Source of the DNA: Rhodosorus marinus CCMP1338
Taxonomy: Eukaryota; Plantae; Rhodophyta
Assembly: GCA_029953675.1 (NCBI GenBank)
Contig: JAMWBK010000010.1
Coordinates: 1,488,001-1,552,000, forward strand
Reading direction: 5' to 3'
Length of the DNA stretch: 64,000 nucleotides
The position numbers and the translations under genes are program-made. Below are positions 46,471 to 61,966 of this stretch, piece by piece (position 1 is the stretch's first letter; each line of letters starts with the position of its first letter). The notes under the pieces are model-generated. The model worked only from the letters and a program-made list of their open reading frames with translations. It did no database searches and was not told where the DNA came from.

Positions 46471-49193
46471 TTTCGTAAACCCCTGAACAAGTTGCTCACT
46501 GAGAACACGCCTGCGGAAACAAAGCCACTGTTTCGCAGCTGTTAAAGACTCCTCTTAATCCGTTTGACAAGGTGCTGGAACTCCGCAAACCTTTCCCTGA
46601 GGACTGACGAATTCAGTCAGTTTTCGATCGCCTGAAAGCCTTCCCCTGGACCACCAGGTCTATTCAAAGAATTCCCAATTTGACGCCCTCACAATCGCAT
46701 GGCCTATTGATACGTGTTCATGACATCACCGCAACACCCCAACCTCAACCGAGAGCTATACAAAACAATTCGTCATGCCTGAGGAAAGGAAATACGAGCC
46801 CCACCAACCGAAAGCAGGGCTTCAGTACGCTGGACAACCCTAAAAGCGTGTGTCCCCAACGGCAGTCTTCAGCTCCACAAAGATGAGGCTTACCTTTTCC
46901 TTACATATCCGAAACCTTGGTCTTGAACACATTAACAGAGACAGCCACGTCCGTGCAGTAAGTCACTTCCCTCCTTCAAGCAATCTACTCAACTCACTCT
47001 CAGCAGTCCGACTAGATTCTACACGTCAACAACACCCTCGGACCCCCGTTCTGAAACTCATGCAATCCACTTTCCACCTTTTCCATACCCCCACCCCCCT
47101 CTCCAACTCACAATTCCTTTCCTTTTAGCTACAATCTCAAATTTTCTTTCCCCCCCCCCCAAATATGCCTTTCTATCCCATTTGAACTTCTCCGCAGCCC
47201 TAATGTACTAGCATTGACTTGAATACCTCAGTTTCTTTTTCAAGTAAAGTTTTTTTGATTAAAAACCAGTTAGCAATAAAATGGTCGGGATTATATCCCC
47301 CTTAAAATCAATTCTGATACATCTTCCACGCACCCCCTTTAGGAATTGTAAAATTCTAAGAGAGAGGAATCTGCGAGACCAAACCTAGATGCAAGTTTTG
47401 TCACCGTCCCGGGGGGTAGCAAGAATTGTTGCCTTTCGCTGTAGAAGGATTTTTTTTTGCTTTTTGAGGGGACGATAACATGAACTGCTTCAAAAGAAAA
47501 GAAAAAACAGTATCAAACGGCTGAAACAAAATGGATTCAGATACCCCTCGGGACCGGGATAGTACCTTCAAATGTTTATATGAAAAATGAAGAATCAAGT
47601 TTTGGGGTAAGTACTGTTTATACCGTTAAGTGGCCAGGGCTGATACCTTCTACCGAGGGTTTCTAGAATATGTCTACCATACTACGGGGGTCGGGGGTAG
47701 TTGTGATCCTTGGAATACCCGCAGAGTAAAGAAAAATCTACTTATTCGTGAGTGAGGTGATTTGATTCAACCCTTTCCGGATGAATTGTGAAAAACAAGA
47801 AGCGTCGGGGGTGTTCACAATTATAACGTTCATTTATGTCTCATATCGTATATTTGGCAAGGAAGGCCGAAAAAGCTCGTGGATAGTATATACTTTAGCT
47901 GCGTGAATTATATTGTATATATCGGTAACGAAACCCTTAGAAATCAAGCAAAACCCTTTGCCCTTTTCCGGCTCTTCATCTATGCGAGCTTGTGTCTCAT
48001 TTTCGTATGTGCAAGCATGAGGGCTTACCCTGCTATCCCAATCACTGCTCGAAAGCTTTGAGTACTGTTTGCAGCTAGCAACTAAGGTGGTCTGGAGCGA
48101 TCAGGATGATGAGGACAAAGGTCTGCTCGGATCCCAGTTCATCAGCTGCAAAAGGAGTTCGTCAGGAGTTCGTCAGTTGATGTCTGAAGAATTGCCATTG
48201 GATCGAGAGATGAAAAAAACTTAACTTAGAACCAAAGCCAGGAGTCTGTCGAGTCTGCCGAAGATCATGCCTGGATGCTTGTAAATTCTGCAATAACCTG
48301 CTTGCTTGAGCAGGCGAGTCCAGCTCCCGGTATCTGCAGGATCCAAGGCGCATTTGAAAGAGCAACAACGTTGGAAAAACGAGAACAGCCAAAGTTCGCG
48401 CGAATCTTCGAAAACTGTTTTTCAAGCGGTCAAGGCTTCGCTAACGGATCTACCATGGCGAACCAGCACTTCAAGGATTACGTCACGCTCATCCTAGCTA
48501 GGGGGAAGCAGATGTCCCCATCCATACAATTAAACCAGAAAGAGCAAGGTCAACTACAGGAGGATGTCAATTACTGAACTGAATTACGGGCTTGCGGGCT
48601 TAACCAGACTAACGTTCACAAAACCACCAAGACAAGAAGGACATTCTGAAAAAAGTGCTTTTTTCTGGACCAGGCTGTCCTTTTTCTGCTTACAGCTGGT
48701 ATCTATTCCGTGCTCCCAACACTACTCCCAAACCCACCCTGAAGCCGATTTCGATTCCAGTATAGAATTTCCGTTTAATTTTGAATTGCATTTTGGAAGA
48801 GATTTCCTAGCCGCCTTTTGGTTTTTTTGGAAAACAATTTGGATCCGGTGATAAGCGAAAAGGAGGACTTCAATTAGGATTTTTTTTTAATTGGTCGCAG
48901 ACGGGTGACGAGGATGTTTTTTAGTTTCTTTCTTGGTTTTTGCTTGGTTTGGGATTACGTGAAGGGTTTCGTGGTTGGGCGTCGGGCGCGGGGTAGGGGG
49001 GTGGAGGTAGGCGTTTACCTTTGTGGTTTAGAGATGGTGAGTTTGGTGGTTTGGATAACAGTATTTGGGTTTCTACTGGTTATAAGAATACGGGATGTCG
49101 GTGAAAGGGAGGGAACTGGACGGATCTCAACAACGAAAGCTGATGGCCGTCTGATATGTTTAGGATTAGGTTGAGGATTGGGGGGGATGTGAG

Positions 49194-51214
49194 ATGTGGG
49201 CTGTATGGGGTCTTTGGATTTGTACGCTCGGTCTCGCCGTCATAACTGGCTTTTGGTGCTTGACTTCGGCGAGAAAGAACCGGTTCGATAGGGCAAGGCG
49301 TCGCAAGCAACTGTATGCAAGGGAAGCCATTGTCAACTTTGGGATTACTGGCGACCAAGCAGAAAGCCTCGCATTTTCAAGGAAGCCTCCACAGTTGGGA
49401 ACATATGAACTTGGCATCCGCGCAGCGTGCATGCGAGCAAGATGGGCGTCTGATGTTTTCAACTGCGTCTCTGAGGAATGTTTCTTAGACTCAATACTAC
49501 GAGCCAAGGCAGCGGACAAGTCTCAGGAAGATCTTGGGCTCATCGCAGGGTTACCGGTTTCTGTATGCGATGCCCTTGCGACAACAGGTCTCGAGGCTGC
49601 CGTTGGCGTAATTGAGCACGTCAACGATGGTGCCGCAGACGAAGATTGTGCTGCTGTGGCGGCACTGAGAGGAGCTGGTGGAATCGTTGTATGCAAGTCA
49701 GCCGTTTCTACTTACGCGGTGAACCGCCATGACACATACAGTCCGCTCCTGGGCGCCACTCTAAACCCCTGGGATCCAAAGCTGACAGTCAGCGGACCGG
49801 ATGGTGGAGGGGCTGTGCTCTGTGCTCTTGGCGTTGCTAAAATACACATTGGGACTGAATCTCTTGCGGCAGGTGCGGATATGAAAGTACCCAGCTTCGC
49901 TTTCTCTCATGACCGGGCCTCCACGCAAGGCCGAAGGCCAGTGCCCGGACCTGCAGCACCTACTAGTTTGATAGCCTGCGATGTCGCAACGCTTACGAAA
50001 GCTGTATCGGTGATTCTGGAGCCTATGCTGATTGCCAGGAACGACCCACTGGCAGTGCCTATGCCGTTCGATACCGCTGCGTACGAGTCCCGCGAAAAGC
50101 TTGTGGTAGGGATACCTACTGGACGCGGATGGATTCAGGAGAGCCTATCTCTGAATCACAGCGCTGCGAATGCTCTGACAAAGAGAGGCCATAAGGTGGG
50201 CGATTGTCGGGTGGACCAAACTCTACTTGTCATCCTAGCCGTTACCGGGCAGATGCATGCTTCGTCGAGGATGCACGTGAAGGTAGATAATATTTCTGAG
50301 TTCTCGTGTTGCTTCATCTTCTGGTTGTGGCTGCCATAGTTGATAGAGTTTCCGATCGGAATATCTTCGAAAGAACTGGTCGTTCTGCGCACAGCGCTCT
50401 ACACAGCCGAACGCCTGCGAGCCATACCAAAGGTGATAGATCCACAAGGATCAGACCCGTTCGTCAAGGCTATTAGGTTTTGGTTGACCATGCCCCCGTT
50501 CCTAAGGGCTCCGATTGCCGCGGCGCTGGAGCGAACGCCATGGAGGCGCTATCTTGGGTGGATTCTACACGGAGTCCAGCTCGGATCAAATGATCGAAAC
50601 TACCAGCGACTTACAAAGCGTCGCGAGGAGATACGGTGCGTTCAAGGACGAAGTCCAAGTTTACCCCTCTTCGTCATACACTTGTCTGAACGTGGAAGCA
50701 TGTAGTGATGGAGTTCATGGAGTTCTAGTAGATATTGACGGACCACTGTCCGAATTCGTTATTTTGAGATAGGTCGACTTTGGTGGAGAGAATGGTTCGA
50801 AACGGAGTGGATGCTCTAATCATGCCATGTAACGAGCCGCAGCCACGGAATCGGGAGTCTCTTTCCCTGGTGGACGCTTTCGGTGGAATCCATCACGAAT
50901 TTTCGATGCTGAACCTTCCCATGGGAAGCGCACCAGTAGTCGTCTCGAGCAGCATAGAGAGGTCATCCAAGCCCAGCCCCGCGGAAGAATTTCGAAGGGT
51001 TTCAGTGATTGTCGTCGTCCCGCCATGGCAGGACGAGCTGTGCTTATCACTCCTACGCGACTTGGAGGAAGAGTTTGGAACAGAAGCTCCACCGAACATA
51101 TCAGACAGCTTCAGAAAGTGGTCTACACCTTCGCCAGAAGGTGAAATCGCCAAGGAGACAACGCCTTTGTTGAACAAACTGAAGGGAAACCTCCAAGCAG
51201 CGCCCGCACAGTAG
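49194..51214 (+). CDS. Amidase-signature (FAAH-like) protein with an N-terminal membrane anchor, probable pseudoenzyme, multi-exon
   Basis: TM WAVWGLWICTLGLAVITGFWCL; GLPVSVCD; LRGAGGIVVCKS; GATLNPWDP; terminal VDALIMP...FSMLNLPMGSAPV. Confidence 0.82.
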
Positions 51215-51635
51215 ATAAGGAGAAAACAATCAACTGGCTACTGATAGAATACCGGCGAAACGAGATATCATAGTGGCATCACATAGAACCCTCGGCGGGC
51301 TACACCCTCACCCGTTCTCTTCGACCCGTCTGACTATTTTGAGACAGTGCTCCAGAGTAGCCCTCCTCCGTGCATGGTCTTACAGCAAACTGGTCTCGAG
51401 GCGCATTGTGCTTCTATTTATTATTTGAGCCGACGCGGAAATCAAATTGGACAGCGATTTCGACTGTGATACATTTATTGTTATATGAGTTAGTAGTAAA
51501 GTCAAATTTGTAAAGAGGTTCCTTGCATGGACACCACCTGCTTTGTCAGCAAGTGGGAGTGAGGCTCTCGACGCTTGATACTCATACATCGGCATGGTAG
51601 TCAATACGGCTTCGCTTCTGCCACAGTCGTGTAGG

Positions 51636-52796
51636 CTAGGAGAGAAGGATTTCATTCTTGATGTGGGCGGGGACAAAGTTCAACACGAATCGACCGTCAT
51701 AGGAAACGCTTGAGAACGCAAATTCATCCGCGAAACTCCAGGAAAGTCCGTAAATACAGTCGTCGTGTTCGGGGTATGCGGCAACAGAATCAAACACGCT
51801 CACTGAGTCATCCTGGTGTGAGGAGACAAAGGTTTACCTAGTCAGACCCTTAACTGGGGAGATCCTTCCTTTGCTGTCGTTTAGCATGAACAAGTACCGA
51901 GATGGTGATGCCCGTATCCCTCCACAAATGGACAACTCCGTCGGTTCCTCCGCTTAGGAGCAGATCGTCGTGCAGAGGATTGAAGCGAACTGATCGAACC
52001 CAATGTGAGTGACTGTAATACCTTGAAACAGGAATGTCTCCACGTCGCAGATCCCAAACTTCTACTTGTCCGCTCTCACCGCCCGTGGCCAGCAGATTAC
52101 TGGGTTGTGGGTGGAGCGAGAAAATCCAAGAGGTGAGGCTTCGAAAGCTTGCAACAAGGTTTAGGCTGGATTCGATTGTACTAACCTTCTGTTCGGATTG
52201 AAGTCCAGTTCCAGAATGCGTTTCAATTTCAGGGTTGTGGTTGGTTTTCTAAGGTCCATGCGAAGATCGAATATACTGACATCGTCCAAGTCAGCTATTG
52301 CTGCGCGACTACCCCCCCCGTTGGAGTCGCATCGGGATACTGTAATGTAATCTCGCTCGATACGTTCAGTTTTCACTAGCGCTCCTTCGTTGACCTCCAA
52401 TAGATCGACGTGTGTGGATGTTGCTGCCAGAAGCTTCTTAGAATTACACCAGTCCACAGATCGCGGCTTCCCCTCAGCTCGATACTGGGAAAGTTCATCA
52501 AATCTTCCATTGTCAAAAGAAATCACCTTGACAAGTCCAGGCCCAATCGTGGCGAGCAAGTCGGAGCTCCCCGCGGATGGTAGACTGGAAACTGACGAGA
52601 TCTCTCCTTCAACATCATATCTCGCCTTCTCAACTATAGAGTTCGAGGAGGCGGATCTTCTGACTTCCAGAGCAACGATGCGATTACCCTCGGTGAGAGA
52701 AGCAGTCCCTACAAAAAACTGTATGTTATCAGGCTGTACAGATGTACAAAGACATCGGGTCCCGTACATCAGTGAGATCGGGCCACTTGCAACCAT
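51636..52796 (-). CDS. EIPR1: WD40 protein EIPR1/TSSC1 (plant DWA2-like), multi-exon
   Basis: LMYGTRCLC...FFVGTASLTEGNRI; LELDFNPNR; HSHWVRSVRFNPLHDDLLLSGGTDG; EHDDCIYGLSWS...SVSYDGRFVLNFVP. Confidence 0.85.
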
Positions 52797-53759
52797 CGCT
52801 GCCAACCGCGGCAAAGCTACACTTTTGGAAAAAAAACAAAAATCTACTAAAAGCGATGCTCTCAACCTCTCATCTTATGTACCTCATCAAAAGATTTCCC
52901 TTACCATGCTATCCAGGGCACAAGAACCTCTCCTTTCCACTTCGCCAGCCTCGTTCCCTACTAGCTGCTTCTACTCACTGCCCAGTTGTTAGTAGGTAAT
53001 AGTACATGACAGTATATTCTAGTACAAAAGTACTTGGCGGCTGACTCATTTGTGCCCAATGGATTGATCCAGAATTTGAATATACCAATCACAAAGCGTT
53101 TGGCGCAAAATATCCTTTTTGGTTCTTTTATTCTTCTATTAATCGAGCAAAAAAAGAAATTAAAAATATAATTAGTAATATTATGACACCAATACAAATT
53201 ACCAATTTTTCTTTGCATAAAGATATGTTTTATTTTATAATTAGTTAGAAGGAGTTCCCGCTCGAATCAAATCTGATTAATGTGCGAATTCGTTTAATTT
53301 AGTTCGAATATTAGGGATAATTTTTAATGTTTTTAAGTTGTTTTAGAATAAGTGCGATGGATAATCTTGTATGACTGGTTGAGATGTGATGAGAGTGCGA
53401 ATTTGTTTTTATAATTTTAGATATTTATGAAATTGACTGTTTTTTTTTAGTGGGGTCTGGCGATTCGGGCAAGTTCTGTGCAACTTCTGGGGGTGCTTGC
53501 CGAGTGTTGCTGAGCTGAGGGAATTATCTATGGTTTGAGCATAGTGGAAGGTGGTAAGAAGAGGATGAAAACTTTCTTGAAGCATCATTGGGGTACGTTA
53601 CTTAATGATGAGGAGGAGGGAATGTAGCAAGCTGAAAGCGTTTCTGTTTAGATACATGAAGGTTTTGTGAGAGTCTGCTGGTTTTAAAAACTTTGTTTTT
53701 GTTTTTTTGGAATTGATTTTGGGCGGGGGAAGGTGATTGTGTGGGTGGGCGTGAGAGGA

Positions 53760-55192
53760 ATGGCGGATACTGGGGAGGAATATGTTCTGACGAGGAAGAC
53801 CGTTGCGTTTCATAATGACGAAAGATCTGCATGGGTGATTGTGGACGGGCAGGTTTATGATGTGACGTTGTTTATGGAGCAGCATCCCGGAGGTGCTGAG
53901 GTGTTGAAGGAGCGTCTTGGACAGGATGTGAGCGACTTGATGAGAGGAATAGTGGATGGCGCAGAAGGTGGACATGGTCACTCTGCGTATGCTTATAAAC
54001 TGTTGAGCAAGTACCACGTCGGGTCGCTAGCTGGTGTTGATCAGTACGGGAACGAAATCCTCGATGGGAACATTGACCCTGTGACCGGCGAGCAGATCAT
54101 GGACTGGGGAAAACCAATTCTTCCGCAGGTTGGAAGGTTAGGTACGTAAATTGGAATCAGGGACGTCTGGGTTATTCGATTTGGTGCGTTCTAAACACTT
54201 TGCACCGCGGACACCAAATCGTAGGTGACAAGTACTGCACTTGGATCCACAGCTTTCCAACAGCAGACCACACCGTCAAAATGTTCCAGAACGATACTTT
54301 GGAGAGTCTGACAAAGTGCCCCTGGTATATACCCTTGTTGTTCTGGATTCCAATCATTGTTGGATGTCTCAGCTACTATTTCACGACGCAGAGCTTAAAC
54401 CCGCCCCTGTTCTTCGGGTTGGCCTTGGGTGGACATATCTTCTGGCTGTTGTTCGAGTATTCGTTGCACCGGCAAGTCAAAACCCTCTGTGACTTCAAAA
54501 AGGTTTTTCAACATTTCGACCCGTTTTTGTACTGACTTCTTCGTTCTGCATGGTGCCTGCAACAGATTCATTTTTCATATGAAGACCACCGGCTTCGTTA
54601 TGAACATAATTCACTTTCTAATTCATGGACATCATCACATAACGCCGATGGACGCCGACCGCGCCGTCTTTCCGTAAGTTTTCAAGCCAACAAGGACCTA
54701 CTTCTACAGAAGAACCACGGCCGAGCTGGCTAGCGGCATTAGCTCTGCGGAAGCCTTATGCGGATAGGGAACCTGACCGCTCTTCTCGAAATTTCTGAAA
54801 TCAAATAGACCCGTTCCCGCTCTGATCGTTGGCGGCCCAATCTGGGCCCTGCTGCACAACGCGCTTGGTGTCCGGATTGCCTACCCAATTTTGCTTGGAT
54901 TCGTCACTGGTTACCTCGTGTATGATATGACGCACTTCTATATCCACTTTGGAGATTGTGACAACTCTTTCTTGAAGGTAACATTACCTCACATGTGGAG
55001 ACTAGTCTGTGGATTACAGGGTGTTGGTGCGGACAAGAACTGACGAAGTTTCGTTTCGTTTACTTCTTATGTGCAATGAAACAGAATCAAAAGAGCCGGC
55101 ACATCCACCATCACTACTTGCAGCCGAACATTAACTTTGGGATCTCGAATCCTCTCTTCGACATCGTCTTCAGAACGCTGGCGCAAAAATAA
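53760..55192 (+). CDS. FA2H: Sphingolipid fatty acid 2-hydroxylase with an N-terminal cytochrome b5 domain (SCS7/FA2H), multi-exon
   Basis: b5 motif HPGG; FQNDTLESLTKCPWY; EYSLHR; HGHHHITPMDADRAVFP; YDMTHFYIH; HHHY...NFGISNPLFDIVFRT. Confidence 0.94.
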
Positions 55193-55476
55193 TAACGAAC
55201 GGGTGTAGAGCGCATGCAACTTCTGATTCTCTTTTTCCGCTGTTGTGTATCAGAGCGTTGCTTTGCTGATTGGGCTTTGAGTAGTGGCTGCAAGCCAGCA
55301 ACTGGAGCCTACGTAAAAACATGACCTTGAAGAAAACATAGAGTTCCACACAAACCCAGAGCCACATGCTAGCTCTGACTCTCGTCGCGTTGTCATGCCT
55401 TTTCTGCTCTTCCATTGGGACCATACTGCGCCGACTAGAAGCGCTACACCTGAAGCATGAATGCGTTATCCAAACA

Positions 55477-57462
<1,986 letters not shown>

Positions 57463-57568
57463 GTTCTTCACCAAAACAAAAAAAGACAAAAACAGACCAC
57501 TAGCATAAACAATAAATGATGCGAGCAGAAACTCTAATCTGCTACGTCCACCAAGCATCCCCACCTCA

Positions 57569-57598
57569 CCCCACCCCACCCCACCCCACCCCACCCCA
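57569..57598 (-). repeat. (GGGGT)6 tract, potential G-quadruplex, in the ArfGAP 5' region
   Basis: (CCCCA)x6 on the + strand, about 110 nt upstream of the ATG at 57462. Confidence 0.8.
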
Positions 57599-58843
57599 GC
57601 CCCTCTGCAATAAAACCCCACAATTACACAAAAATACAGTCGTCCGCCCCAATCATCCAAAATTCCCCCTTTCCCCAATTGCGAAAATATGGCTGCTACG
57701 CTACCTTTCACTCACTCGCATTCAGAAACAAAAATAGAAAAACAAAACAATTTACTTCTATGGAGAAATAGAAGCTTTTGTTTGGTTGAATTATGCTACT
57801 CTTGTTTTCCATTATTTTCATGCAATTTTGATAAATGGCATCCTAAAAAAAAACAAGAATATGTTTTTGATCAATTACAATCTAACACGTGTTGTTTGAA
57901 TTGGTTGGGACACGTGTCTTTCCGAATTCTTGTTTTGGGTGGGTACGGGATGGTGAGCGGGTTTGGTTTTGGGGTGTGTTGGTTGGGATCGGAAGTGGAA
58001 ATGGGATGGCTGTGTTGGTTCAAGTGTAGCTGGTAGATGAGGGTTGTGGTGGCGGATTGATCGTCAAGTTAATTCTAACGAAGTGGGAGGCTTGGACGCT
58101 CATCTTTTCCTCCTTTTTTTGGATTTGGGATTGTGTCTTTCGTGGAAATGAATTTGCTTTTGGTTATTCTTGGTTTTTGACCACCCGCAATGGAAGCATC
58201 CGTGGCGATTGGTCTGGTGCCAAATTAGCAGCAGTCTAGATCGAATGCTCCGAATCTCGCGAGGCTTTCAATGACCCCCTAAACTACACCAGGCACAATC
58301 TGTGCCCTCCAACCCAAACATTGCCGGCAGTCTAGTCAAGAGCCAGTGACTGACCTCACTGCGACTATCGTGCCATATGTACAAAGCCCAGAGCCTCAAA
58401 AAGGAGCGCACGGATCATTAAAGAGCAGCTCTCTGTATTGCAAAACACACCCATCCTAGCTCACTGCTCATCGTCCAAAAACATATCAATATTTCGATAG
58501 AATTCTACTCGATCTGGAGCAATGAACGAGATTTTTTCTATTGAGGAACAAGGACACCGTGCGTGTCTTGTGCAATCGATTGCTTGAGCAACCTAATTGA
58601 TCACCACAAGGACTTTTTGTTATTTTCAAGAGGAAATATTTGCAAGAGGCATTCATTTAGTTGAACGCCTTGTCCTGTCTGTTGTCGGTGTTGATCTGAA
58701 ATCACCGTTGTCTTTCCCGAACCATTGATAAGAGAGGGGGGGGGGGTTGCAGGTTTGAGCACTGGTTTGTTTGTGCGGGAGGAACGGATACTTTTGTCGG
58801 TTTATTTGTTGCTGTAGTTCTTTCAGGGAAAAGATATTAAACC

Positions 58844-59733
58844 ATGAAAGGGATGGGTTTGTCGTTTCTTGGTCCTCCGGGAGTGGATCGACTAGGTGCG
58901 AGTAGCGTGACTCGTAGAGGAATTAGAGCGGCGAATTCGAGGCCACTTGCGGCGGTAATTCCTGGTGACACAGTGGTGCGTCTGCTGTCGAAAACGTATT
59001 TGATCGTTGTATCTTGGTTTATGTGCTTGAAAGGTATTCCACATCTCTTTTGCTCACTAGCCATCTCGTTTGGTCAACGGTGCTTTCCTAGGCGGAAGGG
59101 TTTGTCGTTACAGGCCTGGTGAACTTTTTCGGTATTTACCAAAATCTTATCATTTCCCGAATTCTGCTGAGCTGGTTTCCCGCTCTTCAGGTAGGGCATC
59201 CTGAAAATTGGCCTGATGAAACTCCCTCTCTATGATGCTGAGATTGTCAATGCAAACTTTTTTCTGATCCTTTGCCCTCCTTCTAGAGACAACCGATTTT
59301 ACAACCCATCTATACAGTCTGTGATCCGTTCCTAAACGTTTTCCGTGGTAAGCCTTGTCAGCCTGGTTGCTCTTGATTTGACAGTTTGTCTGTCATCGAT
59401 CTTTCCAAACGTATCCACGTCTCTGAGATACCCACGGGGTCATGTACATCCTCAAATTCTTAGGCGTAATTCCACCAATCTTCGGGCTCGATCTCTCGCC
59501 TATCATTGCGATCACTTTGCTACAAGCGTTCCAAGGGGTAAGTTCGCTGGCACGCTCTAGCTTGAGAGGAGACTGATCGGCGTATGACTAGCTCCCGCCG
59601 CCTACCAGCTTCCTCCCAATAGAACCCATACCCCGTAATTACTTTTTTCTAATCGTGATTCGTTGCTATTGTTTTCCCGTCTCAGGCTTCTGCAGCGCTC
59701 GGTGCAACGCTGCCAACGGACGAGGAGTCTTGA
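58844..59733 (+). CDS. YLMG: YlmG/YGGT family plastid membrane protein, multi-exon
   Basis: Transit peptide; GIYQNLIIFRILLSWFP; QPILQPIYTVCDPFLNVFRG; VIPPIFGLDLSPIIAI; final exon ASAALGATLP. Confidence 0.9.
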
Positions 59734-60123
59734 GCGGTTGTGGCATATGTAGAGTCCGCAGTTGGGCTGACCGAGTTTGTGCTCTTGGTAAAATCCGCTG
59801 TTGTAGTCGGACAAACTCTTTCTGAATTGCAGCAGCCCCAGGATAGATGTAAGCACCGAACCAAAAATGCAGTTGGTCATCCGGCTTCAGACAAATTCTG
59901 CAGCGGACCATCAAACAGACGTGGTAGCAATGAGGCCATCCTCGCGGACGCCTGAGGTTCTTCTCTTCCTTTCAACCCCTTAGCGCTCGCGGGAATCTTG
60001 AGTCGTTGTCACTTGTTTCTTTTGCCGCGTGGTGGAGCTCACCCATTATCAAAGAACAAGTTCTGCTTTAAGGACCTTGGTAATCTTGAGCAAGACACGA
60101 ACCCTCGCGCTAAGCGCCTATCC

Positions 60124-61376
60124 TCAGATCCTTCCTCGGAGCTCCGAACAGAGCTCTTCTGCAACGCTCTCAAATGTGGTTAGAGTGAAACGTTGGCTAT
60201 CAGAACGCTTCAGCTCAACCTCGAACCTCGAAGTGCCCTGGGCGAGGATTATCGCCTCTATCCCCTCGCAGGAAACTTTCATTTTCGACCTCTCCGCGCG
60301 GTAGTCCAACTTCCGGAAGAACTCCTCGATTGCACTCAAAACGTCCTCCGATTCCGCGTTCTTCCAGTGTATTGCTACAGTGGCTCGAAATGAGGACTTT
60401 TGCTTGACAGCCACTGAGCCTCTGCTCCCAAAAGTCCACGCTACTGCCCAGCGCCTGGTTCTTGCTATCTGAAATGACGTCCGAACAACTCTGTCAGCAT
60501 TCATCTCTTTAAGATAAGTCTCGAAGGGGTAAACATCCCTCTTCAACCCAACCAAAGACGTGAACCAGGCTACGTTGGGGAGCAAGGCGCTCTCTTTTGC
60601 GAGTGACTTGAGAAATTCTAACTCTCCGCCGGAGGTAACCATCTGCGGCAAGCCTCCGCTGGAAGCACGAAGCGGATTCATGCCAGCGTCAGCTGGGCTA
60701 CCGTAGAACGGCGGGTTGCAAACGGTGAAGGACACTCGTTCCTCCTTTCCCAAGGGAGCGAGCAAGGAGCCTTCCCGTACCAGAATTCGGGCTTGAAGCC
60801 TGTTTCGACTCACGTTTTCTGATGCAGAGGTGAGGGCTTGCCGATCATTATCAATGGCAATGAACCGATAACTCTGGTCCAATACCCGGCATCCAAGCAG
60901 TGGGTAGATACAACTAGCGCCAGTGCCAACGTCAACAACGCAGTTCGAAATTTCCGTCGGCATACTTGCTCTATATATGTCCTCTGCCCAAAGAAGGTAG
61001 TCAATGCGGGACGGGATGGCGGGACAGAGGTGTCCTTCTGGAAGGTCCCACTCCAGGTGAAAGTCCTGTGCAACAATTCACATGGATTGCTTCAAGTTCG
61101 TGGTTGTCAATTGGCAGGAAGTGGAGTAAGCTCATCACATACTTCCTTCAGCAGCGCTTTCGCCAGTTGAATCTGAGCATCCACAGAGCGGAGGTTTAGT
61201 TGCGCGAACCCGGATTCTGAGAACTGCATATGCTTCCGAAGCTCTGGATGGCGCGACGCCAATTCGCCGAAGTCAGGGACCTTTTCATAGTAAGGATTTC
61301 TCCGGTGACAGCCTGTCCGTGACGCTTTGGGATCAGGTTTTGCTTCGGATCCTCCCCGCCTCCTCCGTTTGCCCAT
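60124..61376 (-). CDS. METTL16: METTL16/RlmF-family m6A RNA methyltransferase, two exons
   Basis: HRRNPY...PDFGELA; GHLCPAIPSRIDYLLW; VVDVGTGASCIYPLLG; catalytic CNPPFY; WFTSLVG; TRRWAVAWTF. Confidence 0.93.
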
Positions 61377-61966
61377 TAAGATCCCTCGATGTTCTAAATG
61401 AGAAGAGCTCTCCGAAAACCAGCATTCCAGCACGTCACAATCGCAGGCGGATGTTTAAACAATGGCATTGCAAGAGAAACTATCGTTCAGCGGAAGCAGG
61501 GCCTACCCAGATGAAACAATGGAAGGGGTTCCCTAGCTGCCGTCGCAGCCAACGCCTGCTATCACGAGGCTTCTCCACGGGGCAGTGAGCGGCCAAAGCT
61601 GCCTCACTTCTGGACTTACGACCGACCCGATTTCTTTCACCATAAAAACTGAAGTCAGTCACTATTTACGTTAATTGAAATTGATTGCATTTTAAGTGTT
61701 TGATTGGATTTGGTTCGAAATTTGAAAAGGTAGCTTGGCGTTATATTCGCCTGGGCCGGAACCTCCCAATCCCAGGCAGCTGCAGAGCTGCAGAGCTGCC
61801 TGGGATTGGCGAGGGTGGTATTTGCCCAGGAGGGTAAGGCACCAGTATTTCACTAGTGGGGCAGATTATGGGCCACCAATAAGCACACTTCCTTCGTACT
61901 ACATGAACGGTAGTCTTTGGGAGCACTGAGACTGCGGGATGATAGCTCCCCAATTTCAGAAGAGAA

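Noticed and set aside
48162-48577. Short ORFs with a signal-anchor-like segment
   Set aside because: No consistent start or splice model, and no family match.
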